A stretch of DNA of 64,000 nt from Pedobacter sp. (GCA_050253415.1 JBFWJC010000001.1:160001-224000); one strand, 5' to 3'. Shown: positions 29,276 to 40,644, numbered from the stretch's first letter. Numbers and translations are program-made. The notes: a model not told the origin generated them from the letters alone.

Positions 29276-29791
29276 TTCCCAATGAGAGAGCAACCCAGAC
29301 CGATCATCTTTAAAAACAATGAAACACACAGGCGGAATAAGTGCGCCGCCACACCCGGTTGCTACAATATGATTTCCGGAAGCTGCGTGTACCTACGCAA
29401 TTGGGATGCCAAACCGCAATGCCAGACGCACCACCCTTGATTTCGCCGACCTATCCGCCAGAACACCGCACGCGAGGAGACCGAAGCATATTCGCACAAC
29501 TTTATGCCCCGTACAAATTTTTATCATTTCTGGATTTGAATGGTTGATCGTGTATCAAAAGTTTTACGTCGCACGCTCGAGTTTCCGAAAGATCTGGAAT
29601 ATTAATGTGTTGTTATTGGCGAAAAGTTAACGCAAGTCAACCAGAACACTCTGCGTCACGGCTGAAGCGACACGATTTTCACCTACCGGCTGCTTAATGC
29701 CTGTCTGTGCCGAATGAATTCAAATTGTGGATCGGTTATTCCGTTCAACGGATAATCCTTTTCACCAAGACAACACACCACCAGATACAAC

Positions 29792-29820
29792 TTGACACCT
29801 CCAATCGTTGCCGATATCTT
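29792..29820 (+). promoter_or_regulatory. Sigma70 promoter of the symporter gene
   Basis: TTGACA-N17-TATCTT. Confidence 0.6.
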
Positions 29821-29879
29821 GAAAAGATGTGTTTTTACAATATGTTGTATTTCTGCTGACGATTGAGGAGGTACCAAGC

Positions 29880-31286
29880 ATGGCGATGTTGCATCTTGCC
29901 GACCAGATCATCATTCTCGTATATCTAACCTGTGTTTTGGGACTGGGCCTGTGGGCCGGCCGCCGGGTTAAAAACCTGGAAGATTACGCAGTCGCCGATC
30001 GCAATTACAGTGCACTGGTCATCGCCATGACCCTGTCTGCTTCGTTTATCGGCGGCGGATTTACCATGGGCAACGCCGAAAAGGTCTTTACCCTGGGTAT
30101 CATCAACATCGCTGTGCTATGGGGATTCAGCCTAAAGGAGATCCTGGTGGCAAGCTTTATCGGTCCCCGCATGGGGCGTTTTCCCGATGCTATTTCAGTG
30201 GGAGACGTCATGGAGGTCAACTACGGGAAAATCGGCAAGGTGGTCACCGGTATCTTTTCCGTACTACTCTGCGCCGGCATCCTCGGGGCTCAGGTCGGCG
30301 GCATGGGCTATTTGTTTAACCTTTTCCTGGGGCTACCGGTTCCGACCGGTATCCTGCTCGGCATGAGCATCGTCATTATTTACGACACCCTGGGTGGTAT
30401 GCGTGCGGTAGTCGCCACGGATGTACTCCAATTCTGTGTCTTAGCCATAGGCATCCCGTTGGCATTGATTCTCGGCGTGCGTGAGGTCGGTGGCATGGCA
30501 GCTCTGGCGGCCAAAGTTCCGACCGGGCATTTCGATCTGTTCGGGCAGTTATCCAAGGTGCAGATTCTGTCGCTGTTTTTGACCTTCCTGCTTGGTGAAA
30601 CCCTGGTGCCGCCCTATGTGCGGCGTCTGTTCATCAGCCGCAATACCCGTTCAACCTGCCGCGGAACACTGTGGAGCGGTCTTTTCTCCATCCCGTTTTT
30701 CGCTATCGCCGGGGGCATTGGCCTGGTGGCACTGGCTCTGAACCCGGGACTCAATTCCAACCTGGCCTTGCCCTATGTCGTAGAAACAGTCCTGCCCATC
30801 GGCCTGCGCGGGCTGGTCGTGGCCGGCATCATCGCAGTGGTCATGTCATCTGCCGATTCGTTCCTCAACAGTGCCTCGGTGGCCTTTGTCAACGACATTG
30901 TCAACCCGTTACTGCCGCGCCCCCTGGCACCAAAGCGAGGGCTGCTGTTTGCACGATTGGCCACCCTGGTCACCGGCTCGATCTCCGTCGTATTCGCCAT
31001 CAGCATTAAAAGCCTGATCGATATTCTGATATACGCTTACCAATTCTGGTCACCCATCATCCTGGTGCCACTGGCGGCCACACTGCTCGGTATACGTGCA
31101 GGAACCGGCGCATTTTGTGCCGGAGCGGCTGCAGGCCTGTGCGGTGTGTTTGTCTGGAACCGACTGCTGGGTGCACCCGGTGGTTTTGACGGCCTCTTGG
31201 TCGGAGTGTTCGCAAACTTAGTGGTTTTCTCCCTGACGGCATGGTTGTCCCGCCAACCGCTTGTCGCACCCGAGGGCACTGCATAA
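29880..31286 (+). CDS. Sodium:solute symporter family protein (PutP/PanF-like)
   Basis: GAGGAGG RBS; about 13 TM helices; GGMRAVVATDVLQ and AVVMSSADS.LN motifs. Confidence 0.92.
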   Translation: MAMLHLADQIIILVYLTCVLGLGLWAGRRVKNLEDYAVADRNYSALVIAMTLSASFIGGGFTMGNAEKVFTLGIINIAVLWGFSLKEILVASFIGPRMGRFPDAISVGDVMEVNYGKIGKVVTGIFSVLLCAGILGAQVGGMGYLFNLFLGLPVPTGILLGMSIVIIYDTLGGMRAVVATDVLQFCVLAIGIPLALILGVREVGGMAALAAKVPTGHFDLFGQLSKVQILSLFLTFLLGETLVPPYVRRLFISRNTRSTCRGTLWSGLFSIPFFAIAGGIGLVALALNPGLNSNLALPYVVETVLPIGLRGLVVAGIIAVVMSSADSFLNSASVAFVNDIVNPLLPRPLAPKRGLLFARLATLVTGSISVVFAISIKSLIDILIYAYQFWSPIILVPLAATLLGIRAGTGAFCAGAAAGLCGVFVWNRLLGAPGGFDGLLVGVFANLVVFSLTAWLSRQPLVAPEGTA

Positions 31287-31629
31287 GCGCTGCATTCGGC
31301 TCTATGTTTATCGGCAGGCCCCCCGAATCGATGGGTTTCGGGGGCCTCATCCTTCCTTCTATCCGCATCCGTCACGCTTATCTGGTCGGAGCTGCGTATC
31401 CTGATGTGTCTGAATCGACCCCATCCGTCTTTTTTGTTCAGCTCGCAACTGAAAGGGGTTCCCCATCCCATTTTATTGCCCGATTTCAGGCAAGGGACTC
31501 CCTTGTGGGGCCGCCTCAGGACTAGAATTTAGACAATTTATTCTCCATGCACTTGGCTAAGCTGCCGATCTCTTTATAATTTAATGGTATGATGAATGAA
31601 ATGCAGCAAGACCTACCCCGGAGGCCCCT

Positions 31630-32343
31630 ATGCCTGACAACCTCAATGTAATGATCACCCGCGATCTTCTGGAGTTTTTTGAATCGGACGTCGATTTTTC
31701 CCGGCAGGAAGGTTTTGCCTTGCAGGTGGTTGAGGATGGTATGGAAGCATGGCACCAGCTCGACCATAGTTGGCCCAACCTGGTAATGATCGATTTGAAC
31801 GCTCCGGGCATGCCTGGGGATGAGCTCTGCCGCCGCATCAACAAAGACCCCCAATTAAGACATATCCCCGTGGTACTGATGGTGGAAAGCCGCAACCCCG
31901 ATGATCTCAATCGCTGCCTGAAGGCACGCTGCGCCGACATCCTGTTCAAGCCCCTGAGCAAGCATCTGTTAATGGCCGCAGCCCGTCGTATACTGGGGCT
32001 GCCTTATCGATCCTTTCCGCGCATCCCCATGTGCCTGGAGGTTCGTTATGGGTTAAATGGTCAGGTCATGCAGAGCGGGTCTTGCGTCAACCTTTGCTCG
32101 GGTGGCATGTTCATCGAGACAAAGCAACCACCGGCCCTCGATCAATTGTTGCATGTCGAATTCTTACTGCCCGGCACCACCCGGCTTATCACCAGTCAGG
32201 CCAGCATAGCCTGGATCAATACAGAGAAGGAGCCTGTCAACAGGAATTTACCCCCCGGTGTGGGCCTGCAGTTTCTGTCCCTGGACCTGAACGATTTGCT
32301 GGCCATCTGCCGCTATATCCGATTGCGCTCAGACCAACCCTGA
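31630..32343 (+). CDS. Receiver + PilZ domain protein
   Basis: MIDLNAPGMPG...KPL receiver; RSFPR and NLCSGGMFI PilZ motifs. Confidence 0.85.
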   Translation: MPDNLNVMITRDLLEFFESDVDFSRQEGFALQVVEDGMEAWHQLDHSWPNLVMIDLNAPGMPGDELCRRINKDPQLRHIPVVLMVESRNPDDLNRCLKARCADILFKPLSKHLLMAAARRILGLPYRSFPRIPMCLEVRYGLNGQVMQSGSCVNLCSGGMFIETKQPPALDQLLHVEFLLPGTTRLITSQASIAWINTEKEPVNRNLPPGVGLQFLSLDLNDLLAICRYIRLRSDQP

Positions 32344-32390
32344 GCCTTTGGTTCAGAGGGCGGACCACTCATAGCACTTCGCCCGGCTGT

Positions 32391-34178
32391 TCATGCCAGA
32401 TCTGAAGCCGGCGCCCCATTGAGATCAAGATGCTGCAACCGCCAAAGGCGCGCGTACAGTCCGTTTTGTGCCAACAGTTGCAGGTGCGTTCCCACCTCGC
32501 GAATACGCCCCCGATGCAGCAGTACGATACGATCCGCATGCTGAATCGAACGCAAGCGATGGGCAATCACCAACACCGTGCGGCCATGTCTGGAACGCTC
32601 CATCTGCTTTTGAACAATTGCTTCGGTTGCGGCATCAAGGCGGCTGGTCGCCTCATCAAACAACAGGATCGGGGGATCGATTGCCAAGGTTCGAACCAGA
32701 CATAATAGCTGACGTTCTCCCGCCGACAGGTTGCGCCCGCGCTCTTTCAGCATACCCTGCAGACCTCCCAGCCTTTCCACCGCCGCCAAGGCGCCGCAAA
32801 CATCCAGCAGAGCCCGCAACTGCATATCGGTGAGGCTAACCAGCGGATCGAGATTGTCGCGCACCGTGCCGGCGAACAGAAACGGCTCCTGGGAAACCCA
32901 ACCGATGCGGCGACGGACTTCCGCCGGGTCGAGTTCGGCGAGATTCTGGCCATCCAGCAGGATGCGCCCCCGGGTGGGTTCATAAAACCGTAACAAAAGC
33001 CTGCCGAGGGTGGTCTTGCCGCTACCGGTGTCACCCACAATACCGACCATCTCACCGGGAGCAATCGACAATTCAATGTCTGAAAGCACCGCATCCCGAC
33101 CGTCGTAACTGAAGCACAGCTGGTCGAACTGTAATGCCCCCCGTCCCTGGTCAGAGGGCTTGGCGCCGGAAGCCTCGGGCGGTTGGTCGATGAGTTCGAA
33201 AATCCTCTCGAGGGAAGCGTTGCTGGCCTGCAAAAGGGAATATTGGCCACTGAGTTTGCGCAAGGGGGCAAAAAAGCGTTGCACATATTCAAGAAACGCC
33301 ACCAGGGTGCCGAAGGTGGTCACTCCCTGCAGAACCGAAGCTCCGCCGCGCCATAGGACGCCGGCAATAGCAAGTGCAGCCAGCGTCTCCAGGGCGCTGA
33401 ACAGGAAAACATCCCAACGAATGGCGGCAAAATTGCTGATCCGGTACTCTTCCTGCAGGTCATCAAATTCCTGGAGGGTCCGCTGCTCCTGACCGAATAA
33501 GCGCACCGTACCGACCCCGGAGATACGTTCTGCGAGGTAACCGTTGAGCTCTGCCAGCCGGGCGCGAACCTGCCGCATGGCCTGCCGCATGCGGCGACGG
33601 AAGAGGAAAAGCACCAACCCCAACAACGGACACAGGGCAAATGCCACCAGTGTCAGCGACGGACTCAACCAGAACATCGCCGCCACGACGAAGATCAGGG
33701 AGAAGACCTCCCCGAAAGCGGCCGCCACCCCTGAGCTGAACAGTTCCCCGACATTTTCCACGTCGCTGGTCAGACGCGTTACCAGGCGGCCGGATGGATG
33801 ACGGTCGAAAAACGCCACCGGCAGTCGCAACAGGTGCCTGAATCCGCGGCTGCGCAAATCGGCGGTAATCTTCTGTCCAACCCCCTGGGCCAGATACCCC
33901 TGCCAGAAGCCGAGCAGACTTTCACCGCAGGCGGATGCCAGAAACAACAGGGCCACTCCCCCCAGACCGGCCAGATGGCCCGGCATGATATGGTTGTCAA
34001 TGGCCAGTTTGATAAGATAGGGCTGAACCAGTCTTGCCGCTGTGGTCAGAGGAAGCAGGGCCATGGCAACGATGGCGGTACCACGATAGGGACGAATCAG
34101 GCGCACAAACCGGCGGAATAAGGTCCAATCCAGATGGCGCCCGGTAACTTCATCCATGTCGAACATTCCGCGTCTCAC
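32391..34178 (-). CDS. ABC exporter, permease-ATPase fusion (MdlB-like)
   Basis: TM domain, GDTGSGKT, LSAGERQ, LLFDE, IAHR. Confidence 0.92.
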   Translation of the reverse strand: MRRGMFDMDEVTGRHLDWTLFRRFVRLIRPYRGTAIVAMALLPLTTAARLVQPYLIKLAIDNHIMPGHLAGLGGVALLFLASACGESLLGFWQGYLAQGVGQKITADLRSRGFRHLLRLPVAFFDRHPSGRLVTRLTSDVENVGELFSSGVAAAFGEVFSLIFVVAAMFWLSPSLTLVAFALCPLLGLVLFLFRRRMRQAMRQVRARLAELNGYLAERISGVGTVRLFGQEQRTLQEFDDLQEEYRISNFAAIRWDVFLFSALETLAALAIAGVLWRGGASVLQGVTTFGTLVAFLEYVQRFFAPLRKLSGQYSLLQASNASLERIFELIDQPPEASGAKPSDQGRGALQFDQLCFSYDGRDAVLSDIELSIAPGEMVGIVGDTGSGKTTLGRLLLRFYEPTRGRILLDGQNLAELDPAEVRRRIGWVSQEPFLFAGTVRDNLDPLVSLTDMQLRALLDVCGALAAVERLGGLQGMLKERGRNLSAGERQLLCLVRTLAIDPPILLFDEATSRLDAATEAIVQKQMERSRHGRTVLVIAHRLRSIQHADRIVLLHRGRIREVGTHLQLLAQNGLYARLWRLQHLDLNGAPASDLA

Positions 34179-35905
34179 GGCAGCACCTCCAATTCCCGCT
34201 GCAGACGTTCTTTTTCCAGGAGGCGCGCGTACAACCCTCCTTGAGCCAGCAATGCGTCATGACTTCCGGACTGTACCAGGCGACCGCCCTCCAGGACCAT
34301 AATCCGATCTGCGGATGCCAGCAAGGACGTCTGTGCCGTGACCAGAAAGACAGTTTTTCCGACCAATACGCGTCGTAACTGCTGCCAGATGGTCTGAGCG
34401 GTTGCGGCATCCAGATGGCTGAAAGGATCATCCAGCAACCACAGGCTGCCACCCCGGGCAAGAGCCCGTCCCAGGCAAACCCGCTGGCGCTGGCCGCCCG
34501 ACAGAGCCTGCCCCCCTTCACCGACCCGGGTATCGAATCCCTGCGCAAAACCCGCCACTTCATCGTGCAGGCAGACGGCCTGGCCCACATCATGCAGCAG
34601 CTCGGTATCGCCTCCAGGCACCGCATACAGCAGATTTTCACGCAGCGAACCTGAAAACAGCCGGCCCTCCTGGGATACCATGGCCACCCGTTGCCGATGT
34701 GCGCTACCATCCAGATGCGCAAGATCCTGACCATCGATAAGCACCTGCCCGACCGGTGCCGGATAAAGGCCGGCCAGCAAACGCAAAAGGGTCGTTTTCC
34801 CGGATCCGGTAGGTCCCACGATACCAATCAGGCTGCCGGCGGCTACGTCCAGCTGCAATCCGTGCAAGACCGGCATCTCGCCATAGGCAAAGCTAAGCTG
34901 TTTGAGGACTACCGATGGCGCCTTGTCCGCATGATTGATCGGCATGGCCCGCAGCGGCGGCTCCAAACGCAGAATATCGGCCAGGCGCTCGGCGCTGGCA
35001 ACCCCCCGCTGTACCAACCCGAGAATCCAGCCAAGCATCAAGGTCGGCATGGTCAATTGCACCAGGTACGCGTTGAAGGCCACCAATTCCCCCAGCGTTA
35101 ACTGATGGGCGATAACCCGACGCCCGCCAAAATAAAAGATCAGCAAGGTACCAAGCGGCGCAATAAGCGCCATGCTGGGACCGATAGCGCTGCGTAACCG
35201 GGCCAGCCGCAAGCTGGCACCCAGGTACCGGTCATTCAGGGTGTCAAAATATGCACCCCGCAGGGTTCGCAATCCATAGCTGCGAATAACGGCATGGCCG
35301 CTGATCCCCTCCTCCAGCGCTTCACTTACCTGCCCCAACCCCCGCTGAACCTCGCCAGAAGCAGTCAGCAATCGGCTGGACAGATAGCGGGTCAGCACCA
35401 GCAACAGCGGATACGGCACCAGAGCCACCAAAGTTAATACCGGCGACAGCCTCAGCAGAACAACCAGGGTCATGCCATACACCATCAGGGTATTGATAAA
35501 GATCATCATCCCGAATCCGGCCAGCGTGCGCAGGTTTCCGATATCGTTGGTAAAACGGGACAGCAGGTCGCCAGTGCGAAACCTGTCGAAAAACGGCCCG
35601 CTCTGCGTCAGCAGGCGGGCCAGCAGATGCCGGCGCAAATCGTTTTCCAGGCGACAGGCCGTATTCAAAAAGTAGTGACGCGACCAGATGCGGGTCACGA
35701 ACCGCACCAGGGCAACGACCGCCAGCAAGATCCCGGCGCCGTACAAGGTCCTGGTGGCTCCTGCCTGTACGCCATCGATCCCGACCTTAAGCAGCCAGGG
35801 ACCGAGTAATCCCAGCAAATCGGTCACCAGCAGCCAGATCACACCGGTGACCAGCATCGACCTATAGGTATTCAGGTAGGGGAGCAAAAAGCGCATTTTG
35901 CGCAT
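34175..35905 (-). CDS. ABC exporter, permease-ATPase fusion (MdlA-like)
   Basis: GPTGSGKT, LSGGQRQR, LLDD (degenerate Walker B, as in heterodimeric exporters). Confidence 0.92.
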   Translation of the reverse strand: MRKMRFLLPYLNTYRSMLVTGVIWLLVTDLLGLLGPWLLKVGIDGVQAGATRTLYGAGILLAVVALVRFVTRIWSRHYFLNTACRLENDLRRHLLARLLTQSGPFFDRFRTGDLLSRFTNDIGNLRTLAGFGMMIFINTLMVYGMTLVVLLRLSPVLTLVALVPYPLLLVLTRYLSSRLLTASGEVQRGLGQVSEALEEGISGHAVIRSYGLRTLRGAYFDTLNDRYLGASLRLARLRSAIGPSMALIAPLGTLLIFYFGGRRVIAHQLTLGELVAFNAYLVQLTMPTLMLGWILGLVQRGVASAERLADILRLEPPLRAMPINHADKAPSVVLKQLSFAYGEMPVLHGLQLDVAAGSLIGIVGPTGSGKTTLLRLLAGLYPAPVGQVLIDGQDLAHLDGSAHRQRVAMVSQEGRLFSGSLRENLLYAVPGGDTELLHDVGQAVCLHDEVAGFAQGFDTRVGEGGQALSGGQRQRVCLGRALARGGSLWLLDDPFSHLDAATAQTIWQQLRRVLVGKTVFLVTAQTSLLASADRIMVLEGGRLVQSGSHDALLAQGGLYARLLEKERLQRELEVLP

Positions 35906-35940
35906 GAGAGCCTCGTGTCAATCCTGTAAACCCAGGTAAA

Positions 35941-36483
35941 TCAAGAGGGCGCGGAGAATTGTGCCAGGCGCTGCCGCAGGCGTTCCAACAGAAGATCGGC
36001 AACCACGCCATTAATGGTGCCGGTAACCAGGGCCAGTATCAGTAAAAACGGCAATAAACGCCACAAGCCGGCATGCTGTAACAGCCAGCCAGCCACCAGT
36101 AACTGGGCAAGCACATGCCCGGAAGCACCCAGCACCGATATCCCGACGGGACCCAGGCGCATGCCGGCAACGGTGCGGGCAAACGTCATCAGGGCCGTAG
36201 CAGCCAGGCCGCCGGATAGTGCCAGAAAAAAAGTCGGAGAAAAAAGGGTGCCGAGCAACAAGCTGCCGATGCCGATGCGGGTAAGAGTTACCAGCCAGGC
36301 GGCGCGGGGCCCGTAAAGGAACAGAGCGCAAAGGGTAAGGATATTGGCCAAACCGGGTCGCAACCAGGGCAGCGGTAAAGGCATCAACACTTCCAGGGCA
36401 TGGACACCAATGGCCAAAGCACTGAACAGTGCCAACACAACTTCGCGACGGGTCCGAGTACGATCAGTGGGTGAGAAAGTCAT
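35941..36483 (-). CDS. Gx transporter / heptaprenyl-PP synthase component I family membrane protein
   Basis: E..MPLPLPWLRPGLAN, LSGG, GISVLGA..H; follows NusG-II and apbE. Confidence 0.85.
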   Translation of the reverse strand: MTFSPTDRTRTRREVVLALFSALAIGVHALEVLMPLPLPWLRPGLANILTLCALFLYGPRAAWLVTLTRIGIGSLLLGTLFSPTFFLALSGGLAATALMTFARTVAGMRLGPVGISVLGASGHVLAQLLVAGWLLQHAGLWRLLPFLLILALVTGTINGVVADLLLERLRQRLAQFSAPS

Positions 36484-36847
36484 AGTCGGTCATGGTAGAT
36501 GGCGGGCCTACGATGCGCACCAGCAGCCTGTTCGGCAGACAGACAACGGCTTCGCCACTTTTGGAGATCGCCCCCTGACGCTGACAGAAGTGATTGGGAC
36601 AGGAGGATTGGCCTACCCGTACCGTACCCTCCTCTACCAGCAAAACCGTCGGTCCCTCGGGACCCGGCAGCGACACCCGGCAGTCAGAATGCAAAGGGGC
36701 GGTAAAAACAACCCGCCCTTCCTGCTGAACCATCACCGTGGCCCCCGCAGAGCCTCGCGCCAGCAACCAGGCCGCCAGGGCCGCCACCAGCAGAAGCACC
36801 ATGATACAGCCGTCACCGACCGTGATGCGCCCCAGCACGGAATTCAT
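36464..36847 (-). CDS. NusG domain II (Lin0431-like) exported protein
   Basis: N-terminal TM; GPEG, SSCPNHFC..QG.IS..GE.VVCLPNR. Confidence 0.85.
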   Translation of the reverse strand: MNSVLGRITVGDGCIMVLLLVAALAAWLLARGSAGATVMVQQEGRVVFTAPLHSDCRVSLPGPEGPTVLLVEEGTVRVGQSSCPNHFCQRQGAISKSGEAVVCLPNRLLVRIVGPPSTMTDYDFLTH

Positions 36848-37839
36848 GGCCAGGCGATCTGTTCGCGCAAACCGGGACTGACCACGGTTGTACCATCGGC
36901 TGCGACGATCAACCCCCAGGTTTGGGGATAACGCTCCAGCAGGGCCAATCCTTGTTCCGGGCCGAGGACAAACACCGCCGTGGCCAGAGCATCGGCCCAT
37001 ACCGCTTGACGGGATACCACCGTTACGCTCTGGCAGCGCCCCGCGGGCATACCGGTAGTCGGATCGAACAGGTGATGATAACGCGCCCCGTTTTGCTCGA
37101 AAAATCGCTCGTAATCCCCAGAGGTGACGACCGCAAGCGGTTCTTTCAGAACCAGGGTAGCAAGCAACACATCAACCTGCCGGGGATGACGAATGCCGAT
37201 ACGCCATGCGGCGGCGCGTTGACCGATGAGGCGCAGGTCCCCGCCGGCGTTGACGGCAGCGCAGGTAACCCCGGCTTGTTTCAGCACAGCCACCGCACGA
37301 TCAATGATGTAACCTTTGGCGATCCCGCCAAGATCGATCCAGGCGTTTGTACGCTTGATCACCCTGCCGTCCGCTACAGCCAAAACACCCTGACCGCTGG
37401 CAGCCAGAGCCGCCTCGATTTCAGATGGAGCCGGCAGGCGGGGGTGAGCCGAACCGAACCCCCACAGGACTTTAAGCCGGCCAAGCGTCATGTCAAAGGC
37501 GCCACCGCTGGCTTTGCCTACCTCTAACCCGTGGGCCAGAATCTCCAGGGTTTCAGGTGCGACGGCCAGGTCACCCTGCATGGCGGACAAGCGCGCCGCA
37601 TCACTGTCTCGGCGATAAAAGCTGGTGAGTGCTTCCAGCCGGGACATCTCATCGAACGCCGCCTCGACCGCCGGAGCAAAACGCTGTGGCCGCTGATCGT
37701 AAACGGTGATCTCCACCACGGTCCCGAGCAGCAGCCGGGTACGTTGCAGCGGTTGCTCCCGTCTCTGCAGCACAGACCAGAAAGCTGCAGCGACGCCGAG
37801 CCACAACACCGCGATGGCCAGCATACGATAGCGGGACAC
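36844..37839 (-). CDS. apbE: FAD:protein FMN transferase ApbE
   Basis: DLGGIAKGY, NAGGD, VTSGDYER, HHLFDP, ADALATA. Confidence 0.94.
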   Translation of the reverse strand: MSRYRMLAIAVLWLGVAAAFWSVLQRREQPLQRTRLLLGTVVEITVYDQRPQRFAPAVEAAFDEMSRLEALTSFYRRDSDAARLSAMQGDLAVAPETLEILAHGLEVGKASGGAFDMTLGRLKVLWGFGSAHPRLPAPSEIEAALAASGQGVLAVADGRVIKRTNAWIDLGGIAKGYIIDRAVAVLKQAGVTCAAVNAGGDLRLIGQRAAAWRIGIRHPRQVDVLLATLVLKEPLAVVTSGDYERFFEQNGARYHHLFDPTTGMPAGRCQSVTVVSRQAVWADALATAVFVLGPEQGLALLERYPQTWGLIVAADGTTVVSPGLREQIAWP

Positions 37840-37872
37840 GGTACACCTCCCTGGCTGAGTCAGAGCCGGAAA

Positions 37873-39249
37873 TCAGAGAGTTTCTTCAGCGGAAGGGTCG
37901 ACGATTTCACCGATAAGATCGTATTCCGAGGAATCGGTAATGCGCAACGGCACAATCTGCCCGATGTCGGCCTGACCGGCGGTAATGTACACCTGCCCGT
38001 CGACATCGGGAGCCTGGCGCACGCTGCGACCGCTCAGCAGCAGCTCGGTCTCTTCGCTGTAACCTTCCACCAACACCGGCTCGATACGACCGATCAATGC
38101 CCGGTTGCGCCTGAAGGAAACACGCTGCTGTGCCTTCATAAGTTTGTTGTAGCGGCTCTTTTTAGTCCGCTCGAGCACCTGATCTGGAAGGGTGGCAGCA
38201 GGTGTCCCTTCTTCACGGGAATACCGGAAGACTCCGACGCGATCGAAATGACCCTCTTCTACAAACGCCAGTAACTTGGCGAATTCCGCTTCCGTCTCGC
38301 CGGGAAAACCAACGATAAAGGAAGTCCGCAGGGTCAGGTCGGGGATCCGCTGGCGCATGCGACCGACAAGGTCACGAATGGTATCTTCACCGACCCGCCG
38401 GTTCATGCGTGCCAGCACCCGATCATCGATATGCTGCAGGGGTACATCGAAATAGCTGCAGATTTTGTCCTCGGTTGCCACAAGTTCGATCAGCTCATCG
38501 CTGATGCCGTCCGGATAGGCGTACAGCAGTCGCAACCAGCGCAGATCGGGCACCTTGACCAGTTCTCGCAGCAAACCTTCCAGGCTGGCGCCATCGTGGC
38601 GATCGGCACCAAAGGCGGTAATATCCTGGGCGATAAGATTGATTTCCTGGGCCCCGGCTGCCACCAGTCTTTCGACTTCCGCCACCACCGAAGCGATGGA
38701 ACGCGACCGCAACGGGCCGCGCAACTGCGGAATAATGCAGTAGGAGCACAGATTGTTACAGCCTTCGGCGATTTTGACATAGGTCGAATAGAAGGGCGAC
38801 GAGGTGACCCGCGGAGTGGTTTCGTCGTAAAGATACTGCGGCAAGCCCACCGACTGGCGAACCGATTCGCCCCGGTCATGGGCGTCGATGAGTTCGAGAA
38901 TACGCGGCACATCCCCGGTGCCGAGAAGAATGTCGACCTCCGGCAGTTCCTTGGCCATATCCTCGGCATAACGTTGGGACAGGCAGCCCGTCACGATCAG
39001 CAGCTTGCAACTGCCGGATTTTTTATATTCGATGGCCTCAAGCAGGGTTTCCACCGATTCCTCTTTGGCGTCGCTGATAAACCCACAGGTATTGACGATA
39101 ATAATATCGGCCAAGGCCTCATCGGTGATGATTTCAAACCGCTGCTGGGGCAAATACCCCAGCATAACCTCGGCATCCACCAGGTTTTTGGCACAGCCGA
39201 GGCTGATCATACTGACTTTGCGTTTTTCCACGTTGTTCAATTCCTTCAC
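37873..39249 (-). CDS. rimO: Ribosomal protein S12 methylthiotransferase RimO
   Basis: [26 protein letters not shown] radical-SAM motif, APDVDG TRAM domain. Confidence 0.96.
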   Translation of the reverse strand: MKELNNVEKRKVSMISLGCAKNLVDAEVMLGYLPQQRFEIITDEALADIIIVNTCGFISDAKEESVETLLEAIEYKKSGSCKLLIVTGCLSQRYAEDMAKELPEVDILLGTGDVPRILELIDAHDRGESVRQSVGLPQYLYDETTPRVTSSPFYSTYVKIAEGCNNLCSYCIIPQLRGPLRSRSIASVVAEVERLVAAGAQEINLIAQDITAFGADRHDGASLEGLLRELVKVPDLRWLRLLYAYPDGISDELIELVATEDKICSYFDVPLQHIDDRVLARMNRRVGEDTIRDLVGRMRQRIPDLTLRTSFIVGFPGETEAEFAKLLAFVEEGHFDRVGVFRYSREEGTPAATLPDQVLERTKKSRYNKLMKAQQRVSFRRNRALIGRIEPVLVEGYSEETELLLSGRSVRQAPDVDGQVYITAGQADIGQIVPLRITDSSEYDLIGEIVDPSAEETL

Positions 39250-39270
39250 GTTCTGTTTCAGGACCCTGCT

Positions 39271-39756
39271 TCAGGACCGCATGTTGACAAACTGCAGTTC
39301 GATACCCAGGTCCTGCCCCTTGAGGAGTTGGATGACATCCTGTAAGTCGTCGATTTTTTTACCCGACACCCTCACCTGATCGTCCATGATCTGGGCCTGG
39401 ACCTTGAGTTTGCTGTCTTTGATGGCTTTTATGATTTCTTTGCCTTTTTCCTTGGAAATCCCCTGCACGATGGCCACGCGCTGGCGCACCGCCCCACCGG
39501 AAGCGGGTTCCTTTTTGCCGAAATCGAGACACTTGGGGGAAAGGTTGCGTTTGGCAAGCTTCCCTCTGAGAACATCAATCACGGCATCCAACTTGTAGTC
39601 GTCCGCGCCAAGTAGCACGATGGCGTCGTTCTCCAGGTTGATCTCGTTGTGCGTGCCTTTGAAGTCGTAACGCTGCAGGATCTCTTTCAGGGCTTGATTG
39701 ACGGCGTTGTCAAGCTCTTGCATGTCGACCTTGGACACAATATCAAAACTAGGCAT
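39271..39756 (-). CDS. yajQ: YajQ family nucleotide/c-di-GMP-binding protein
   Basis: [26 protein letters not shown]. Confidence 0.96.
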   Translation of the reverse strand: MPSFDIVSKVDMQELDNAVNQALKEILQRYDFKGTHNEINLENDAIVLLGADDYKLDAVIDVLRGKLAKRNLSPKCLDFGKKEPASGGAVRQRVAIVQGISKEKGKEIIKAIKDSKLKVQAQIMDDQVRVSGKKIDDLQDVIQLLKGQDLGIELQFVNMRS

Positions 39757-39897
39757 AAATCACCCTTTCTTGCTGAAAATTCTTGATGGTTCAATGGCTT
39801 ATACCACAGGGCACGATAACAGGGGAAGATTTTCCTGCACCCTGGGAGTCTGTCGGACTATACGGGCAGACGGCAAAGTCTGGCGAAGATGAAAAGA

Positions 39898-40644
39898 TTA
39901 TTGCCCGAAAGCATCCTGTTCGGGGCGCAGCACTTCCGTACCCGCGGGCGCCTTGAACCGGAAGAGATCTTCACCCGGCCCCTGGTTAAGGCGCGGTTCG
40001 CTGAACCGTACGACAGTACGATTATCGGATGCACCAAAAAGTGTGGCCGCACGCAGCGGATACACCAACTTGCCTGCCACGACCGCCTGATCAACCTCGA
40101 GCAATAGCTGTTCGAGAAACGCGGAGGGCTGCAGCGGGCGCAGGACCAGGCGGTAATGCCCTTCCGGACTCTGGCGAGGCTCACCCCAGGTGATGCTGAA
40201 CTGGCGACTGAGATTCCCGAGATCGGTCAGAAAAGCCAGCGGATTATCGGTTCCGGTCTGATCACTAGCGGGCATGGGGGATTCGATCACCTGGCGATTT
40301 TCCGGCATATAGACCCACACCGTCTTGCCATCGGACACGATCAACTGGGGATCGGGCAGCAGATATTCCCAACGGAACCGGGCCGCGCAAGCCTTGCTAT
40401 CGGCAAACCGCACCGTGACTCGACCACTGGCAGTCTGTACCTGATCCAGTGAGCTGAGATAAGCCTCCTGGGAAAATTTAGCTTGAAAATCGCGAATCCG
40501 GTTCTGCTTTGTTTCGGACTGAAAGGGCTTTTGCAGAGCCGCAACCACTGTATCCAGGCTGACGGACCCGGCATGGGCGCAGGGGGATATCAGTCCGGTC
40601 AGAAATATCGCAAAAAGGCCTGACAGCAGTAATATTTTTTTCAT
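39898..40644 (-). CDS. lolA: Outer-membrane lipoprotein carrier LolA-like
   Basis: Signal peptide; FRWEY..PDPQLIVSDGKTVWVY; FRFKAPAG. Confidence 0.85.
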   Translation of the reverse strand: MKKILLLSGLFAIFLTGLISPCAHAGSVSLDTVVAALQKPFQSETKQNRIRDFQAKFSQEAYLSSLDQVQTASGRVTVRFADSKACAARFRWEYLLPDPQLIVSDGKTVWVYMPENRQVIESPMPASDQTGTDNPLAFLTDLGNLSRQFSITWGEPRQSPEGHYRLVLRPLQPSAFLEQLLLEVDQAVVAGKLVYPLRAATLFGASDNRTVVRFSEPRLNQGPGEDLFRFKAPAGTEVLRPEQDAFGQ

